Both the position numbers and the translations under genes were made by a program. This document shows positions 9,513 through 18,563 of a stretch of 45,450 nt of DNA, one piece after another. Under the pieces are notes generated by a model. It was given only the letters and a program-made list of their open reading frames with translations. It was not told the DNA's origin and made no database searches. This stretch comes from Rhodospirillales bacterium (GTDB lineage: Bacteria; Pseudomonadota; Alphaproteobacteria; Rhodospirillales; JASLLV01): assembly GCA_030746935.1 (NCBI GenBank), contig JASLLV010000001.1, positions 1 to 45,450 on the forward strand, in the 5' to 3' direction. Numbering within the stretch: position 1 is the first letter of the stretch; each line of letters starts with the position of its first letter.

Positions 9513-9947
9513 ATGGTTCGCGTTCACGCAACCTGCGTCGCCGTCGACGGGAATGGCGTGCTTTTGCGCGGCCCGCCGGGATGCGGAAAATCGGATTTGG
9601 CGCTGCGCCTGATCGATACCGGCGCGCGCCTGGTCGCGGACGACCAGACCGAGCTTCGGCTGAGCGCCGACCGCCTCGAAGCCTTTCCGCCACCCGCGAT
9701 CGCCGGCTTTCTCGAAGTCCGCGGCGTCGGCGTGGTGCCGATCGACAACCTGCCTTCGGCCCTGCTTTCCGTGGTCGTCGATCTGGTCGCGAGCGACGCG
9801 GTCGAGCGGGTTCCCGAGGCAGAAAGGTGCGTCTACCTCGGGGTGGCGATTCCCCTGTTCCGGCTTTCGCCGTTCGAGGCGTCGGCGCCGGCCAAAGTTC
9901 GCCTTGCCGTCAAGGCCGCCACTGGCCTAATAATGCCCGTTCCATGA
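9513..9947 (+). CDS. hprK: HPr kinase/phosphorylase, short alphaproteobacterial form
   Basis: MVRVHATCVAVDGNGVLLRGPPGCGKSDLALRLID (Walker A)...FLEVRGVGVV. I prefer the ATG at 9513 over the track's upstream TTG at 9474. Its stop overlaps the rapZ ATG (ATGA at 9944-9947). Confidence 0.85.
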   Translation: MVRVHATCVAVDGNGVLLRGPPGCGKSDLALRLIDTGARLVADDQTELRLSADRLEAFPPPAIAGFLEVRGVGVVPIDNLPSALLSVVVDLVASDAVERVPEAERCVYLGVAIPLFRLSPFEASAPAKVRLAVKAATGLIMPVP

Positions 9948-10930
9948 GCGAGCGGGTCTCCACCGTCACGCCGAAGGGACGCCGGAGGCGGGCTCGCCCC
10001 GACGCCCCGACGCCCCCCGCGGGCGGCAACCTCCGGGTCCTGCTGGTCACCGGAATGTCTGGGGCCGGCAAGACGTCGGCGCTCAAGTCCCTGGAAGATC
10101 TTGGATACGAGGCCGTGGACAACCTCCCGTTGACCCTGTTGCAAAGCCTGGTTCTGCCGCGCCGGCCGGAGTGCGCGTCAGCGCAGGATTTAAAGCCGGT
10201 CGCGATCGGCGTCGACGTTCGCACCCGGGATTTCGGGGTCGCGCCGATCATCGGGGAAATGGACCGTTTGTCGGCCGAGCCCAGGATCGACGCGAGCGTC
10301 CTGTTCCTGGACTGTGACGACGAGGAGCTGATGCGGCGCTACGCGGAAACGCGCTACCGCCACCCGCTCGCCCTCGACCGCCCGATTCGCGACGGCATCG
10401 ACCACGAACGCCGCTTGGTTGCGGGCCTGCGCGACTGGGCCGACGTGGTGGTCGACACCACCGGCCTCGATCTCGGGTCCCTCAAACGCGTCCTCGACGG
10501 CCACTTCGGCGCCGGCGCCGGCGAGCGCCTCAGCATCTTCGTTACCTCGTTCTCTTTTCGCCGGGGATCGCCGCGCGAGGCCGACCTGGTTCTCGACGTC
10601 CGCTTCCTCTCCAACCCCCACTACGAGCCGGCGCTGCGTCTCCTGGACGGCCTTGACGCCGCGGTGGCAACCTTCATCGAGCGCGATCCCGGCCTCGCGC
10701 CGCTGTTCAACGGCTTGACCGGGATGTTGTCCGAGCTCGTGCCCCGCTATGCCGCCGAGGGCAAGAGCTACCTGACGGTCGCACTCGGGTGCACGGGCGG
10801 GCGTCACCGATCGGTCTTCGTGGCCGAGCGGCTGGCGGCCTGGCTCGCGAAACAGGGCGGAACCGTGCGCGTACACCATCGCGATCTCGACGCGGACACG
10901 CCCGCCATGGGAGGCGCTGAGACGTCATGA
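9944..10930 (+). CDS. rapZ: RNase adapter / nucleotide-binding protein RapZ (YhbJ)
   Basis: It starts MSERV..., then LRVLLVTGMSGAGKTSALKSLEDLGYEAVDNLP, FLDCDDEELMRRYAETRYRHPL, CTGGRHRSV. The longer ORF from 9581 is an out-of-frame overlap with hprK. Confidence 0.85.
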   Translation: MSERVSTVTPKGRRRRARPDAPTPPAGGNLRVLLVTGMSGAGKTSALKSLEDLGYEAVDNLPLTLLQSLVLPRRPECASAQDLKPVAIGVDVRTRDFGVAPIIGEMDRLSAEPRIDASVLFLDCDDEELMRRYAETRYRHPLALDRPIRDGIDHERRLVAGLRDWADVVVDTTGLDLGSLKRVLDGHFGAGAGERLSIFVTSFSFRRGSPREADLVLDVRFLSNPHYEPALRLLDGLDAAVATFIERDPGLAPLFNGLTGMLSELVPRYAAEGKSYLTVALGCTGGRHRSVFVAERLAAWLAKQGGTVRVHHRDLDADTPAMGGAETS

Positions 10931-11334
10931 TCGGAATCGTGATCGTTACCCACGGCCGGCTTGCCGACGAGCTGGTGGCGGCCATGGAACACGTGGTCGG
11001 CCCCCAGGGCAAGGTGGCGACCGTTTGCATCGCGCCGAACGATGATATCGAAGAGCGGCGCACCCAAATACTCGATAGCGTCGCCGACGCCGACGAAGGC
11101 GCGGGCGTCGTTCTTCTCACCGACATGTTCGGAGGCACGCCTTCGAACCTCGCCATCTCCATCATGGACAAGGCCAATGTCGAGGTGATCGCGGGCGTAA
11201 ACCTGCCGATGCTGATTAAGCTCGCCAGCGTTCGCGAAACCGAGTCCCTCGCCGCTGCCTCGACCAGCGCCCAAGAGGCGGGACGCAAGTACATCAACAT
11301 CGCGTCCAGCCTGCTCGATCAAAAGCGCGAATGA
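10927..11334 (+). CDS. PTS EIIA component, mannose family
   Basis: 135 aa: MIGIVIVTHGRLADELVAAMEHVVG...VLLTDMFGGTPSN. It has ATGA overlaps with both neighbours. Confidence 0.85.
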   Translation: MIGIVIVTHGRLADELVAAMEHVVGPQGKVATVCIAPNDDIEERRTQILDSVADADEGAGVVLLTDMFGGTPSNLAISIMDKANVEVIAGVNLPMLIKLASVRETESLAAASTSAQEAGRKYINIASSLLDQKRE

Positions 11335-11636
11335 CCGAAGATGGGCGACAACCGCGACGCAAGCCGCGTGTGCGTCGGCATCGAATCGCGATCGGCAACA
11401 GGCGCGGCCTTCACGCCCGCGCCGCCGCCCTGTTCGTCAAGACGGCGTCCGCCTTCGACGCCGAGGTGACGGTGCGCAAGGACTCCGACACCGTATCCGG
11501 GATCTCCATCATGGGGCTTATGATGCTGGCCGCGGGCCACGGCAGCGAGATCACGCTTATCGCCAAGGGACCCGAGGCCCAACAAGCCATTCGCGCGCTG
11601 TCCGCGCTGATTGAAGCCAACTTTCAAGAGGAGTGA
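11331..11636 (+). CDS. ptsH: HPr/NPr phosphocarrier protein
   Basis: 101 aa. The active-site His context is GNRRGLHARAAALFVK, and SIMGLMMLAAGHGSEITL is also present. Confidence 0.8.
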   Translation: MTEDGRQPRRKPRVRRHRIAIGNRRGLHARAAALFVKTASAFDAEVTVRKDSDTVSGISIMGLMMLAAGHGSEITLIAKGPEAQQAIRALSALIEANFQEE

Positions 11637-11681
11637 GGTCGTGGATCTCGAATCGCACGCAGCCGCCAAGAGGAAGACCGC

Positions 11682-12977
11682 ATGAACGCCGAGACCGATT
11701 ACCGGATCGCCGACATCGAACTTGCCGAGTGGGGACGGCGAGAGATTGCCATCGCCGAGACCGAAATGCCGGGCCTGATGGCGCTTCGAGACGAGTTCGG
11801 CAAGAAAAAACCCCTCAAAGGCGCCCGCGTGACCGGATGTCTGCACATGACCATCCAGACGGCTGTGCTCATCGAAACCCTGGTCGAGCTCGGGGCCGAG
11901 ATCCGGTGGAGCTCGTGCAACATCTTCTCGACTCAGGACCATGCCGCCGCCGCGATCGCGGCGCGCGGTATTCCGGTGTACGCATGGAAAGGCGAGACCG
12001 AGGACGAGTATTGGTCGTGTATCGACAGCACCATCGAAGGTCCCGGCGGCTGGCGCCCGAACATGCTGCTCGACGACGGCGGCGATTTGACGCTGATAAT
12101 GCACGAGCGCCACGCCGAGCGGATGACCGAGGTGCGCGGCCTGTCCGAGGAAACCACCACCGGCGTCCACCGGCTTTACGAGATGGAGCGCGAAGGCCGG
12201 CTCCTGGTGCCTGCGTTCAACGTCAACGATTCGGTCACCAAGTCGAAGTTCGATAACCTGTACGGGTGCCGCGAAAGCCTGGTGGACGGGATCAAGCGCG
12301 CCACCGACGTCATGCTCGCGGGCAAGATCGTAGTGGTCTGCGGTTATGGCGACGTTGGCAAAGGATGCGCGCAGGCGCTTCGCGGCCAGGGCGCCCGAGT
12401 CCTAATCACCGAGATCGACCCGATCTGTGCGTTGCAGGCCGCCATGGAGGGATACGAGGTGGTCGGCATGGACGAGGCTGCGGCCGCCGCCGACATCGTC
12501 GTGACCGCCACCGGAAACATCCGGGTCGTCACCATCGACCACGTCCGGCGAATGAAGGATCGCGCGATCCTGTGCAACATCGGCCACTTCGATAAGGAGA
12601 TCGAGGTGGATGCGCTTCGCAACTATAAGTGGCACAACGTCAAACCCCAAGTCGACGAAATCGAGTTTCCGGACGGCAAGCGCGTAATCCTGCTCGCCGA
12701 AGGCCGCCTCGTGAACTTGGGGTGCGCGACCGGGCACCCAAGCTTCGTCATGAGCGCGTCGTTCACCAACCAGGTCCTCGCGCAGATCGAGCTATGGACC
12801 AATGCCGAAGCCTACGAGAACAAGGTGTACGTGCTTCCCAAGCACTTGGACGAGAAGGTCGCTCGGCTTCACATCGAGAAACTGGGAATCGCGCTGACGC
12901 GGCTGTCACCCGAACAGGCCGACTACATCGGCGTCCCCCTCGACGGACCCTACAAGCCCGATTATTACCGATACTAG
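11682..12977 (+). CDS. ahcY: Adenosylhomocysteinase
   Basis: 431 aa: [31 protein letters not shown]...[16 protein letters not shown]...[13 protein letters not shown]...NIGHFDKEI. Confidence 0.97.
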   Translation: MNAETDYRIADIELAEWGRREIAIAETEMPGLMALRDEFGKKKPLKGARVTGCLHMTIQTAVLIETLVELGAEIRWSSCNIFSTQDHAAAAIAARGIPVYAWKGETEDEYWSCIDSTIEGPGGWRPNMLLDDGGDLTLIMHERHAERMTEVRGLSEETTTGVHRLYEMEREGRLLVPAFNVNDSVTKSKFDNLYGCRESLVDGIKRATDVMLAGKIVVVCGYGDVGKGCAQALRGQGARVLITEIDPICALQAAMEGYEVVGMDEAAAAADIVVTATGNIRVVTIDHVRRMKDRAILCNIGHFDKEIEVDALRNYKWHNVKPQVDEIEFPDGKRVILLAEGRLVNLGCATGHPSFVMSASFTNQVLAQIELWTNAEAYENKVYVLPKHLDEKVARLHIEKLGIALTRLSPEQADYIGVPLDGPYKPDYYRY

Positions 12978-13136
12978 AGCGCGATCTGGTCTGAGGGCCG
13001 CAGCCCCTCCTCTCCAAGCCGCTCGCTACCGACAGTCGCGGCCGCCCACCCCCGGAACCGCCATCGTCGCTTGTCGGGGCCTGCCTGTGGAGAATAAGAT
13101 TCACCGTCGCGCATCCGCTGAGGCATCGGTTCCGCA

Positions 13137-15458
13137 ATGGCCACGTTCACGGCCTTCCTGATTGGCGTCCTGTGTCCGGTGATCGCCGTATTGCCGCTTC
13201 TGTTGCGGCTGCGCCGCCGACTTGACGAGGCCGACGACCGTGTGCGCCGCCTTGAAGCGGAAACCGAGACCGAACGCGGAATCGTCGCCGCCGTGCCGGA
13301 CGGTGTCTTCACGTGGCACCACGAAAGCGGCCACGAAACCTGTTCCCGACGCCTTGCGGTGCTATTGAACCTCGGCGCCGGGACCCAGTCCACATTTGCC
13401 GACGTTCTCGGCTGCTTCGAGGACGATGCGGCGGACGCGTTGATGCGCGCGGTCGATGATCTCAGGGGCCGGGGCGCCGCCTTTGAAATCACGCTGCCGC
13501 TAGCCCGTGCCGACCGGTCGGTCCTGGCGGCCGGCTCGCGGGCGGTGCATGCGGATGACGGGCGAATTCTCGCCGACGTTCTCTGGATTCGCGACGCCGG
13601 GACCGCGCGGACCCCATCTCCGGGCCCGGAAACGGCGACGACGTCGATACCCGAGGCGAAGGACGACGGGCTGCGCGAGATATTCGATTCCGTGCCCCTG
13701 CCACTTTGGCTTCGCGACGAGGACCTTTCGGTCTCGCTCGCGAGCCCGGCCTCGGCGGGCATCGCGGAATCCGCGCCGGCGACCGCGCTCGCCGCCCGCG
13801 CCCGCGGCGAGAGACGGCGACTTACCGAGCGCGTCACCCTTGCCGGCGCCCAAGGGGAACGAGTTTTCGACATCTCGGAAGCACCGGTCGACGGCGGCCG
13901 GCTTTCCCTCGGCATGGCGCTTGCGCCGGCACCGGAAACGACCGCCCACGAAGCGGCCGAGGCCGTCGCACCCGCCCAGGTGCTCGAGAATCTGTCGACC
14001 GGCGTCGCCGTGTTCGACGATGATACCCGGCTCGCATACTTCAATCCGGCGTTCGCGTCCCTTTGGACGCTGGATTCGGACTGGCTCGCGATGCGGCCTC
14101 CGTACGGAGACATCCTCGAACGTCTCCGCGCCCAGCGCCGCCTGCCTGAATACGCCGATTTCAAGGCGTTCAAGGAGGAACAGCTTGGCCAGTTCAGCGG
14201 CCTAAACGCGCCCGCGGCAACCTTGATGCACCGCCCCGACGGCGCGACGGTGCGCGCCCTCGTCGCACCCAGGATCGGCGGCGGCCTACTGGTGACCCAC
14301 GAAGATTTGAGCGAACGGCTCGCGCTCGAACGATCATTCAGCGAACTCACCGCCGTCCAACGCGAGACGATCGACAATCTCCACGAAGGTATCGCCGTCT
14401 TCGGCAGTGACGGGCGCCTCAAGCTCAGCAACCCGGCCTTCCGGGCACTTTGGAACCTGGACGCGGCGCTGAAGGCGGACGAGTTCCACATCACCGACTT
14501 CGTCGCGCGGATGAGACCCTTCCTGGCACCGGACGCGGCCGATTGGTCCGAACACGGACGCCGCATCACCGCGCGCCTGATCGGACACGAACGCTCCACA
14601 GGGCGCCTGATTCGAGGCGACGGGGCGGTGATCGACTACGCCAACGTACCGCTTCCCGACGGCGCGCTTTTGATCAGCTATCTGGACGTGACCGACGGCG
14701 TCAAGGTGGAGATGGCGCTGAGACAACGCACCGAGGCGCTTCAGGAGGCCGACCGGTTGAAGTCCGAATTCATCGCCAACGTGTCCTTCGAGGTTCGCAC
14801 CCCATTGACCACGATCATCGGCTTCTCCGAGCTTCTCGCAGACGAGCAGTTTGGCGCCCTCAACCCCCGGCAGATGGAGTACGCGAACGGAATCCACAGT
14901 TCCGCTACGGCCCTTATGGGAGTCATCTCCGACACCCTGGATTTGGCCATGATCGAGGCCGGCATGATGCGCCTGGAGCTTGATGCGGTCGACATCCACG
15001 CCATGCTGGTGGGCGTTCTCGGCCTGGTTCGCGAACGTGCGCGGCACAAGAGCTTGAACCTCGAATTCGACTGCCCGATCGAAGTTGGCTGGATCATCGC
15101 CGACGCCAAGCGCCTGAAACAGGTAGCATTCAATCTGTTGAGCAACGCCGTCACCTTTACGCCGGCGCGCGGGACCATCCGCCTGTCGGCGGTCCGCGAG
15201 GAGCCCGAGGTCGTGATCCGCGTCGCCGATTCGGGCCCCGGCATCGCCGCGGCCGATATGACACGCGTCTTTCAGCCGTTCGCGCAGGCGACGACCGGTT
15301 CGGAGTCGCGGGGTGCCGGCCTGGGGCTTTCGCTGGTCAAACAGTTCGTCGAGCTGCACGGCGGGCGCGTTCGACTCGATTCGGCGCCCAAACGAGGGCT
15401 CAGCGTGTCGCTGTTCCTTCCCGCTTTCGGCCCCGCGGCCGACGACGCGGAAGCGTGA
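13137..15458 (+). CDS. divL: Membrane-tethered multi-PAS DivL-like pseudo-histidine kinase (Phe at the phospho-acceptor position)
   Basis: 773 aa with an N-terminal TM segment and repeated PAS-like segments. The DHp H-box reads EFIANVSFEVRTPLTT, so F551 (codon TTC, 14787-14789) replaces the His. The CA domain has N, G1, F and G2 boxes (NLLSNAVTFT, DSGPGI, FQPF, GAGLGLSL). The position downstream of ahcY matches my recollection of rhizobial divL. The gene name is an inference. Confidence 0.6.
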   Translation: MATFTAFLIGVLCPVIAVLPLLLRLRRRLDEADDRVRRLEAETETERGIVAAVPDGVFTWHHESGHETCSRRLAVLLNLGAGTQSTFADVLGCFEDDAADALMRAVDDLRGRGAAFEITLPLARADRSVLAAGSRAVHADDGRILADVLWIRDAGTARTPSPGPETATTSIPEAKDDGLREIFDSVPLPLWLRDEDLSVSLASPASAGIAESAPATALAARARGERRRLTERVTLAGAQGERVFDISEAPVDGGRLSLGMALAPAPETTAHEAAEAVAPAQVLENLSTGVAVFDDDTRLAYFNPAFASLWTLDSDWLAMRPPYGDILERLRAQRRLPEYADFKAFKEEQLGQFSGLNAPAATLMHRPDGATVRALVAPRIGGGLLVTHEDLSERLALERSFSELTAVQRETIDNLHEGIAVFGSDGRLKLSNPAFRALWNLDAALKADEFHITDFVARMRPFLAPDAADWSEHGRRITARLIGHERSTGRLIRGDGAVIDYANVPLPDGALLISYLDVTDGVKVEMALRQRTEALQEADRLKSEFIANVSFEVRTPLTTIIGFSELLADEQFGALNPRQMEYANGIHSSATALMGVISDTLDLAMIEAGMMRLELDAVDIHAMLVGVLGLVRERARHKSLNLEFDCPIEVGWIIADAKRLKQVAFNLLSNAVTFTPARGTIRLSAVREEPEVVIRVADSGPGIAAADMTRVFQPFAQATTGSESRGAGLGLSLVKQFVELHGGRVRLDSAPKRGLSVSLFLPAFGPAADDAEA

Positions 15459-15479
15459 ACGAACCGACCGCAGGCGGCC

Positions 15480-16103
15480 TCAACGACAGGGTAGGGCCGC
15501 GTAGTACGCGGCCAGCGATTCGACGTCGGATTCCGCGACCACCGTGGCCGGCGAAGCGATGCTCGGATGGGTCCGCCGTTTCGCCCCGCCGGCGCCACGC
15601 TGAACGGAGGCGGCGTCGCCGAAATTTCGCATCTGTATGGCCAGGTAGCGGGCATTCTGACCGGCGAGGTTGGGAACCATGGGTTCGGCACCGATTCCGC
15701 GCCCGCCATGGCAGACCGCGCACCCTGCCGCCGCCTGCGGTGGCGCGGGCAGATCGTCGTTCGGCGCCGGACCGCACGATAGGCGAGAAAAGTGGGCCGC
15801 CAAGTCCTCGATCGCGTCGTCGCCCAAATCCGTCGCTTCGTGATTCATGGTCGGGTCGCGGCGCTCGGCGCGCCAGTACGGATTGTCCGAGACGAACCGC
15901 CGTTTGCGGAAGTCCCAGAGCTGGGCGACGAGATAGTCGCTCGGCTGGCCGGCCAGATTCGGAATACGGGGATCGGTGCTCCGTCCGTCTCGGCCGTGGC
16001 ACTGGACGCATTGATCGGCAAGCGAAGCCGCGGGATCGGCAGCCGGAGCGGGCGTCGCGAGCGCGAGGGCGATCAAAAGGACGAACGACCCTATCGCGAT
16101 CAT
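15480..16103 (-). CDS. Periplasmic dihaem cytochrome c (c4-like)
   Basis: 207 aa from the ATG at 16101-16103. It has a signal peptide, MIAIGSFVLLIALALATPAPA/AD, and two CxxCH motifs (CVQCH, CAVCH). The track's 435-aa ORF adds an N-terminus that runs antisense to tsaE. Confidence 0.8.
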   Translation of the reverse strand: MIAIGSFVLLIALALATPAPAADPAASLADQCVQCHGRDGRSTDPRIPNLAGQPSDYLVAQLWDFRKRRFVSDNPYWRAERRDPTMNHEATDLGDDAIEDLAAHFSRLSCGPAPNDDLPAPPQAAAGCAVCHGGRGIGAEPMVPNLAGQNARYLAIQMRNFGDAASVQRGAGGAKRRTHPSIASPATVVAESDVESLAAYYAALPCR

Positions 16104-16253
16104 GGATCGAGAACCTCGCCGGTCACGGTGGCGGGAGCGGTCCCGGACGCGAACAATGGAACCTCGCCGGCTTGCGATCAAGGCCGCCGGTAGCGCCGGG
16201 ACGCGAGCGACGGCCGGTTGCCCGGTCTTCGGCGCGCGCGTAAAAAGTGACCC

Positions 16254-16754
16254 ATGGCCGAGGGCCGCCCCAAGGAACGGACGATCGAGCTGGATCTGAA
16301 TGACGAGCGGGCGACGGTGGACCTCGCCGCGGCCCTCGCCGGCGTCGCGCGCGTGGGCGACGTGATCGCGCTGAGCGGCGAGCTTGGGGCCGGCAAGACG
16401 GTGTTCGCGCGCGCCTTCGTCCGGGCACTGAGCGACGGTCCCGGCGGCGACCGGCGCGAGGTTCCGAGCCCTACCTTCACGCTGGCCCAGGCCTACGACT
16501 GTGACGCGGGCACGGTCCACCACTTCGATTTCTACCGTCTCTCCAGACCTGAGGAGGCGTGGGAGCTCGGGATCGAGGATGCCTTCGCCGACGGCATCTC
16601 GCTCGTCGAATGGCCCGAGCGGCTCGGCCCGGAGCTGCCCGTGACGCGCCTCGAGGTCACCTTCTTCTTCGCCGACGATCCGAACGCGCGGATCGCCCGG
16701 ATCACGGCCCGCGACGACTGGCGGGCGCGGCTGCGGGAGGCGGGAATTGACTGA
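16254..16754 (+). CDS. tsaE: tRNA t6A37 biosynthesis ATPase TsaE
   Basis: 166 aa: LSGELGAGKTVFARAFVRAL, PSPTFTLAQAY, HFDFYRL, LVEWPERL. Confidence 0.85.
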   Translation: MAEGRPKERTIELDLNDERATVDLAAALAGVARVGDVIALSGELGAGKTVFARAFVRALSDGPGGDRREVPSPTFTLAQAYDCDAGTVHHFDFYRLSRPEEAWELGIEDAFADGISLVEWPERLGPELPVTRLEVTFFFADDPNARIARITARDDWRARLREAGID

Positions 16755-17790
16755 CCCCCCTTCCCGCGCCGCCCGAGACAAGCACATCCAGGTGTTCCTT
16801 GTTCGTGCGGGTTGGGGGAAGGCAAGGCGCGCGCCGCTCGCCGGCGACGCCTCGTTCCGCCGCTATGAGCGTCTCGAGGGTGCAGGGGCGCGCGCAGTGC
16901 TGATGGACGCGCCGCCGCCCCACGAGGACGTAGCCGCGTTCCTGGCGATCGCGCGGCACCTCGTCGCCCTCGGATTCAGCGCCCCCCGGATATATGCCGA
17001 CGACGTGGGTGCCGGGTTGGTGCTGCTCGAGGATCTGGGCGACGACACCTTTACACGGGTGTTGGCCGGGCCAGACGGGGGCGTGGCCGAGAAGTCGCTT
17101 TACGCGCTCGCCGTCGATCTTCTGGTGGATCTGCACCACCGGCCCGCGCACCTGTCGATCCCCGCCGGCCTCGCCGACTATGACTCGGACGCGTTGCTCG
17201 AAGAGGCGATGCTGCTGATCGAGTGGTACTTGCCGGTGGTCCGCGGAGCCCGGGCCGATGCCGATCAAAAGCGCGCCTACGAGCAAGTCTGGCGCGAAGC
17301 CTTCGCGTCGGTCCCCGACGGTCCCCGAACCCTCGTCCTTCGAGACTTTCACGTGGACAATCTGATCCGGATTCGCGATCGGCGGGGAATCAGCGCCTGC
17401 GGCCTCGTCGATTTCCAGGACGCGCTGGCCGGGCATCCGGCCTATGATCTCATGTCGCTTCTCGAGGACGCGCGCCGCGACATCGCTTCGGATCTCGCCG
17501 CCGCCATGCGCGAACGCTACGCTCGCGCCTTTCCCGATTGCGACCGCGCCGACTTCGACACCGCGTACGCGGTACTCGGGGCGGGGCGCCACGCGAAGGT
17601 CATCGGCATCTTCACGCGCCTTTCCCATCGCGACGCCAAGCCGGGCTATTTGGCGCACATCCCGCGCGTCTGGCGGCTATTGGAGGGTTCGCTCGCGCAC
17701 CCCGCGCTCTCGGCCGTCAAGGAATGGATGGATCGCCACCTGCCCGCGCAGCACCGCAAGGTTCCGCCATGCCGGGCAGTGGCGGAGTAG
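16747..17790 (+). CDS. Aminoglycoside-phosphotransferase-fold kinase, AmgK-like (anomeric MurNAc/GlcNAc kinase)
   Basis: 347 aa: LAGDASFRRYERL...LRDFHVDNLI...VDFQDA. The TTG start overlaps the end of tsaE by 8 nt. It is paired with a MurU-like gene. Confidence 0.6.
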   Translation: MTDPPSRAARDKHIQVFLVRAGWGKARRAPLAGDASFRRYERLEGAGARAVLMDAPPPHEDVAAFLAIARHLVALGFSAPRIYADDVGAGLVLLEDLGDDTFTRVLAGPDGGVAEKSLYALAVDLLVDLHHRPAHLSIPAGLADYDSDALLEEAMLLIEWYLPVVRGARADADQKRAYEQVWREAFASVPDGPRTLVLRDFHVDNLIRIRDRRGISACGLVDFQDALAGHPAYDLMSLLEDARRDIASDLAAAMRERYARAFPDCDRADFDTAYAVLGAGRHAKVIGIFTRLSHRDAKPGYLAHIPRVWRLLEGSLAHPALSAVKEWMDRHLPAQHRKVPPCRAVAE

Positions 17791-17792
17791 AG

Positions 17793-18563
17793 ATGCAGCG
17801 GGTGTCGCCGCGGGGCGCCGCCGAAAACGTCCGGGCGAGGCCCGAGCGCGCCATGATCCTCGCCGCCGGAAAAGGGACGCGCATGCGTCCGCTTACCGAA
17901 TCGACGCCGAAGGCGCTGATCGAGGTCAGCGGCAGGACCATCGTGGATCGGACCGTCGACCGGCTGCTTGAGGCCGGCGTCAAGACGATCATCCTCAACC
18001 TCCACCATCTCGGCGAACAGATCGAGGCGCACCTTGACCGCCGCAACGACGCCACGTTCCTGTTCTCGCGCGAGCCGGAGCTTCTGGATACCGGAGGCGG
18101 CGTCGCCAACGCGCTCGAGTTGCTGGGCGCCGAGAGATTTTGGGTCGTCAACGGCGACGTCCTTTGGCTGAACGCCGGCGAAAGCGCGCTCGGCCGCATG
18201 ATCCGGGCGTGGGACGATACGCGCATGGATGCACTCCTGCTTCTCCATTCCACGATCGAGGCCTACGGATATTCGGGCCGCGGCGATTTCTTCGTCGATC
18301 CGGCCGGACTGGTCGATCGAAGGCTCGAGAACGAGGTCGCGCCCTTCCTCTTCAGCGGCATCCAGATCCTGCACGAACGACTTTTTCACGGCGTCGACGC
18401 CCCGCGCTTCTCGCTCAACCTCTTGTACGATCGGGCGATCGCCGAGCGGCGCCTTCACGGCGTCGTGCACGACGGAGAGTGGTTTCATATCGGAACGCCG
18501 GCGGGCCTCGCCGAGGCGGAGGAATTCCTGAACGTATCGTTTCCCGGAACCCGGCACCGATGA
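17793..18563 (+). CDS. Nucleotidyltransferase, MurU-like (MurNAc-1-P uridylyltransferase)
   Basis: AMILAAGKGTRMRPLTESTPKALIEV...NGDVLW. The start is the ATG at 17793, or alternatively the ATG at 17853. Its stop overlaps the addB ATG (ATGA at 18560-18563). Confidence 0.65.
   Translation: MQRVSPRGAAENVRARPERAMILAAGKGTRMRPLTESTPKALIEVSGRTIVDRTVDRLLEAGVKTIILNLHHLGEQIEAHLDRRNDATFLFSREPELLDTGGGVANALELLGAERFWVVNGDVLWLNAGESALGRMIRAWDDTRMDALLLLHSTIEAYGYSGRGDFFVDPAGLVDRRLENEVAPFLFSGIQILHERLFHGVDAPRFSLNLLYDRAIAERRLHGVVHDGEWFHIGTPAGLAEAEEFLNVSFPGTRHR

Noticed and set aside
11637-11681. Possible SAH riboswitch upstream of ahcY
   Set aside because: The gap between HPr and ahcY is only 45 nt. That is too short for the aptamer, and no conserved SAH-element pseudoknot sequence is visible.
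12974-14599. A 541-aa minus-strand ORF opposite the divL-like gene. Analogous long shadow ORFs lie at 18485-20482 (-), 22711-24552 (-), 33334-35241 (+), 38630-39637 (+), 39884-41227 (+) and 42811-44757 (+).
   Set aside because: All of them run antisense to genes with strong family signatures (DivL-like, AddB, AddA, S1, EamA, LLM, UPF0182). All have low-complexity Arg/Ser/Pro/Gly-rich products with no motifs.
16104-16787. N-terminal 228-aa extension of the cytochrome c ORF (the track's 435-aa version)
   Set aside because: It runs antisense through tsaE. The internal ATG at 16103 yields a textbook signal peptide followed by two CxxCH motifs.
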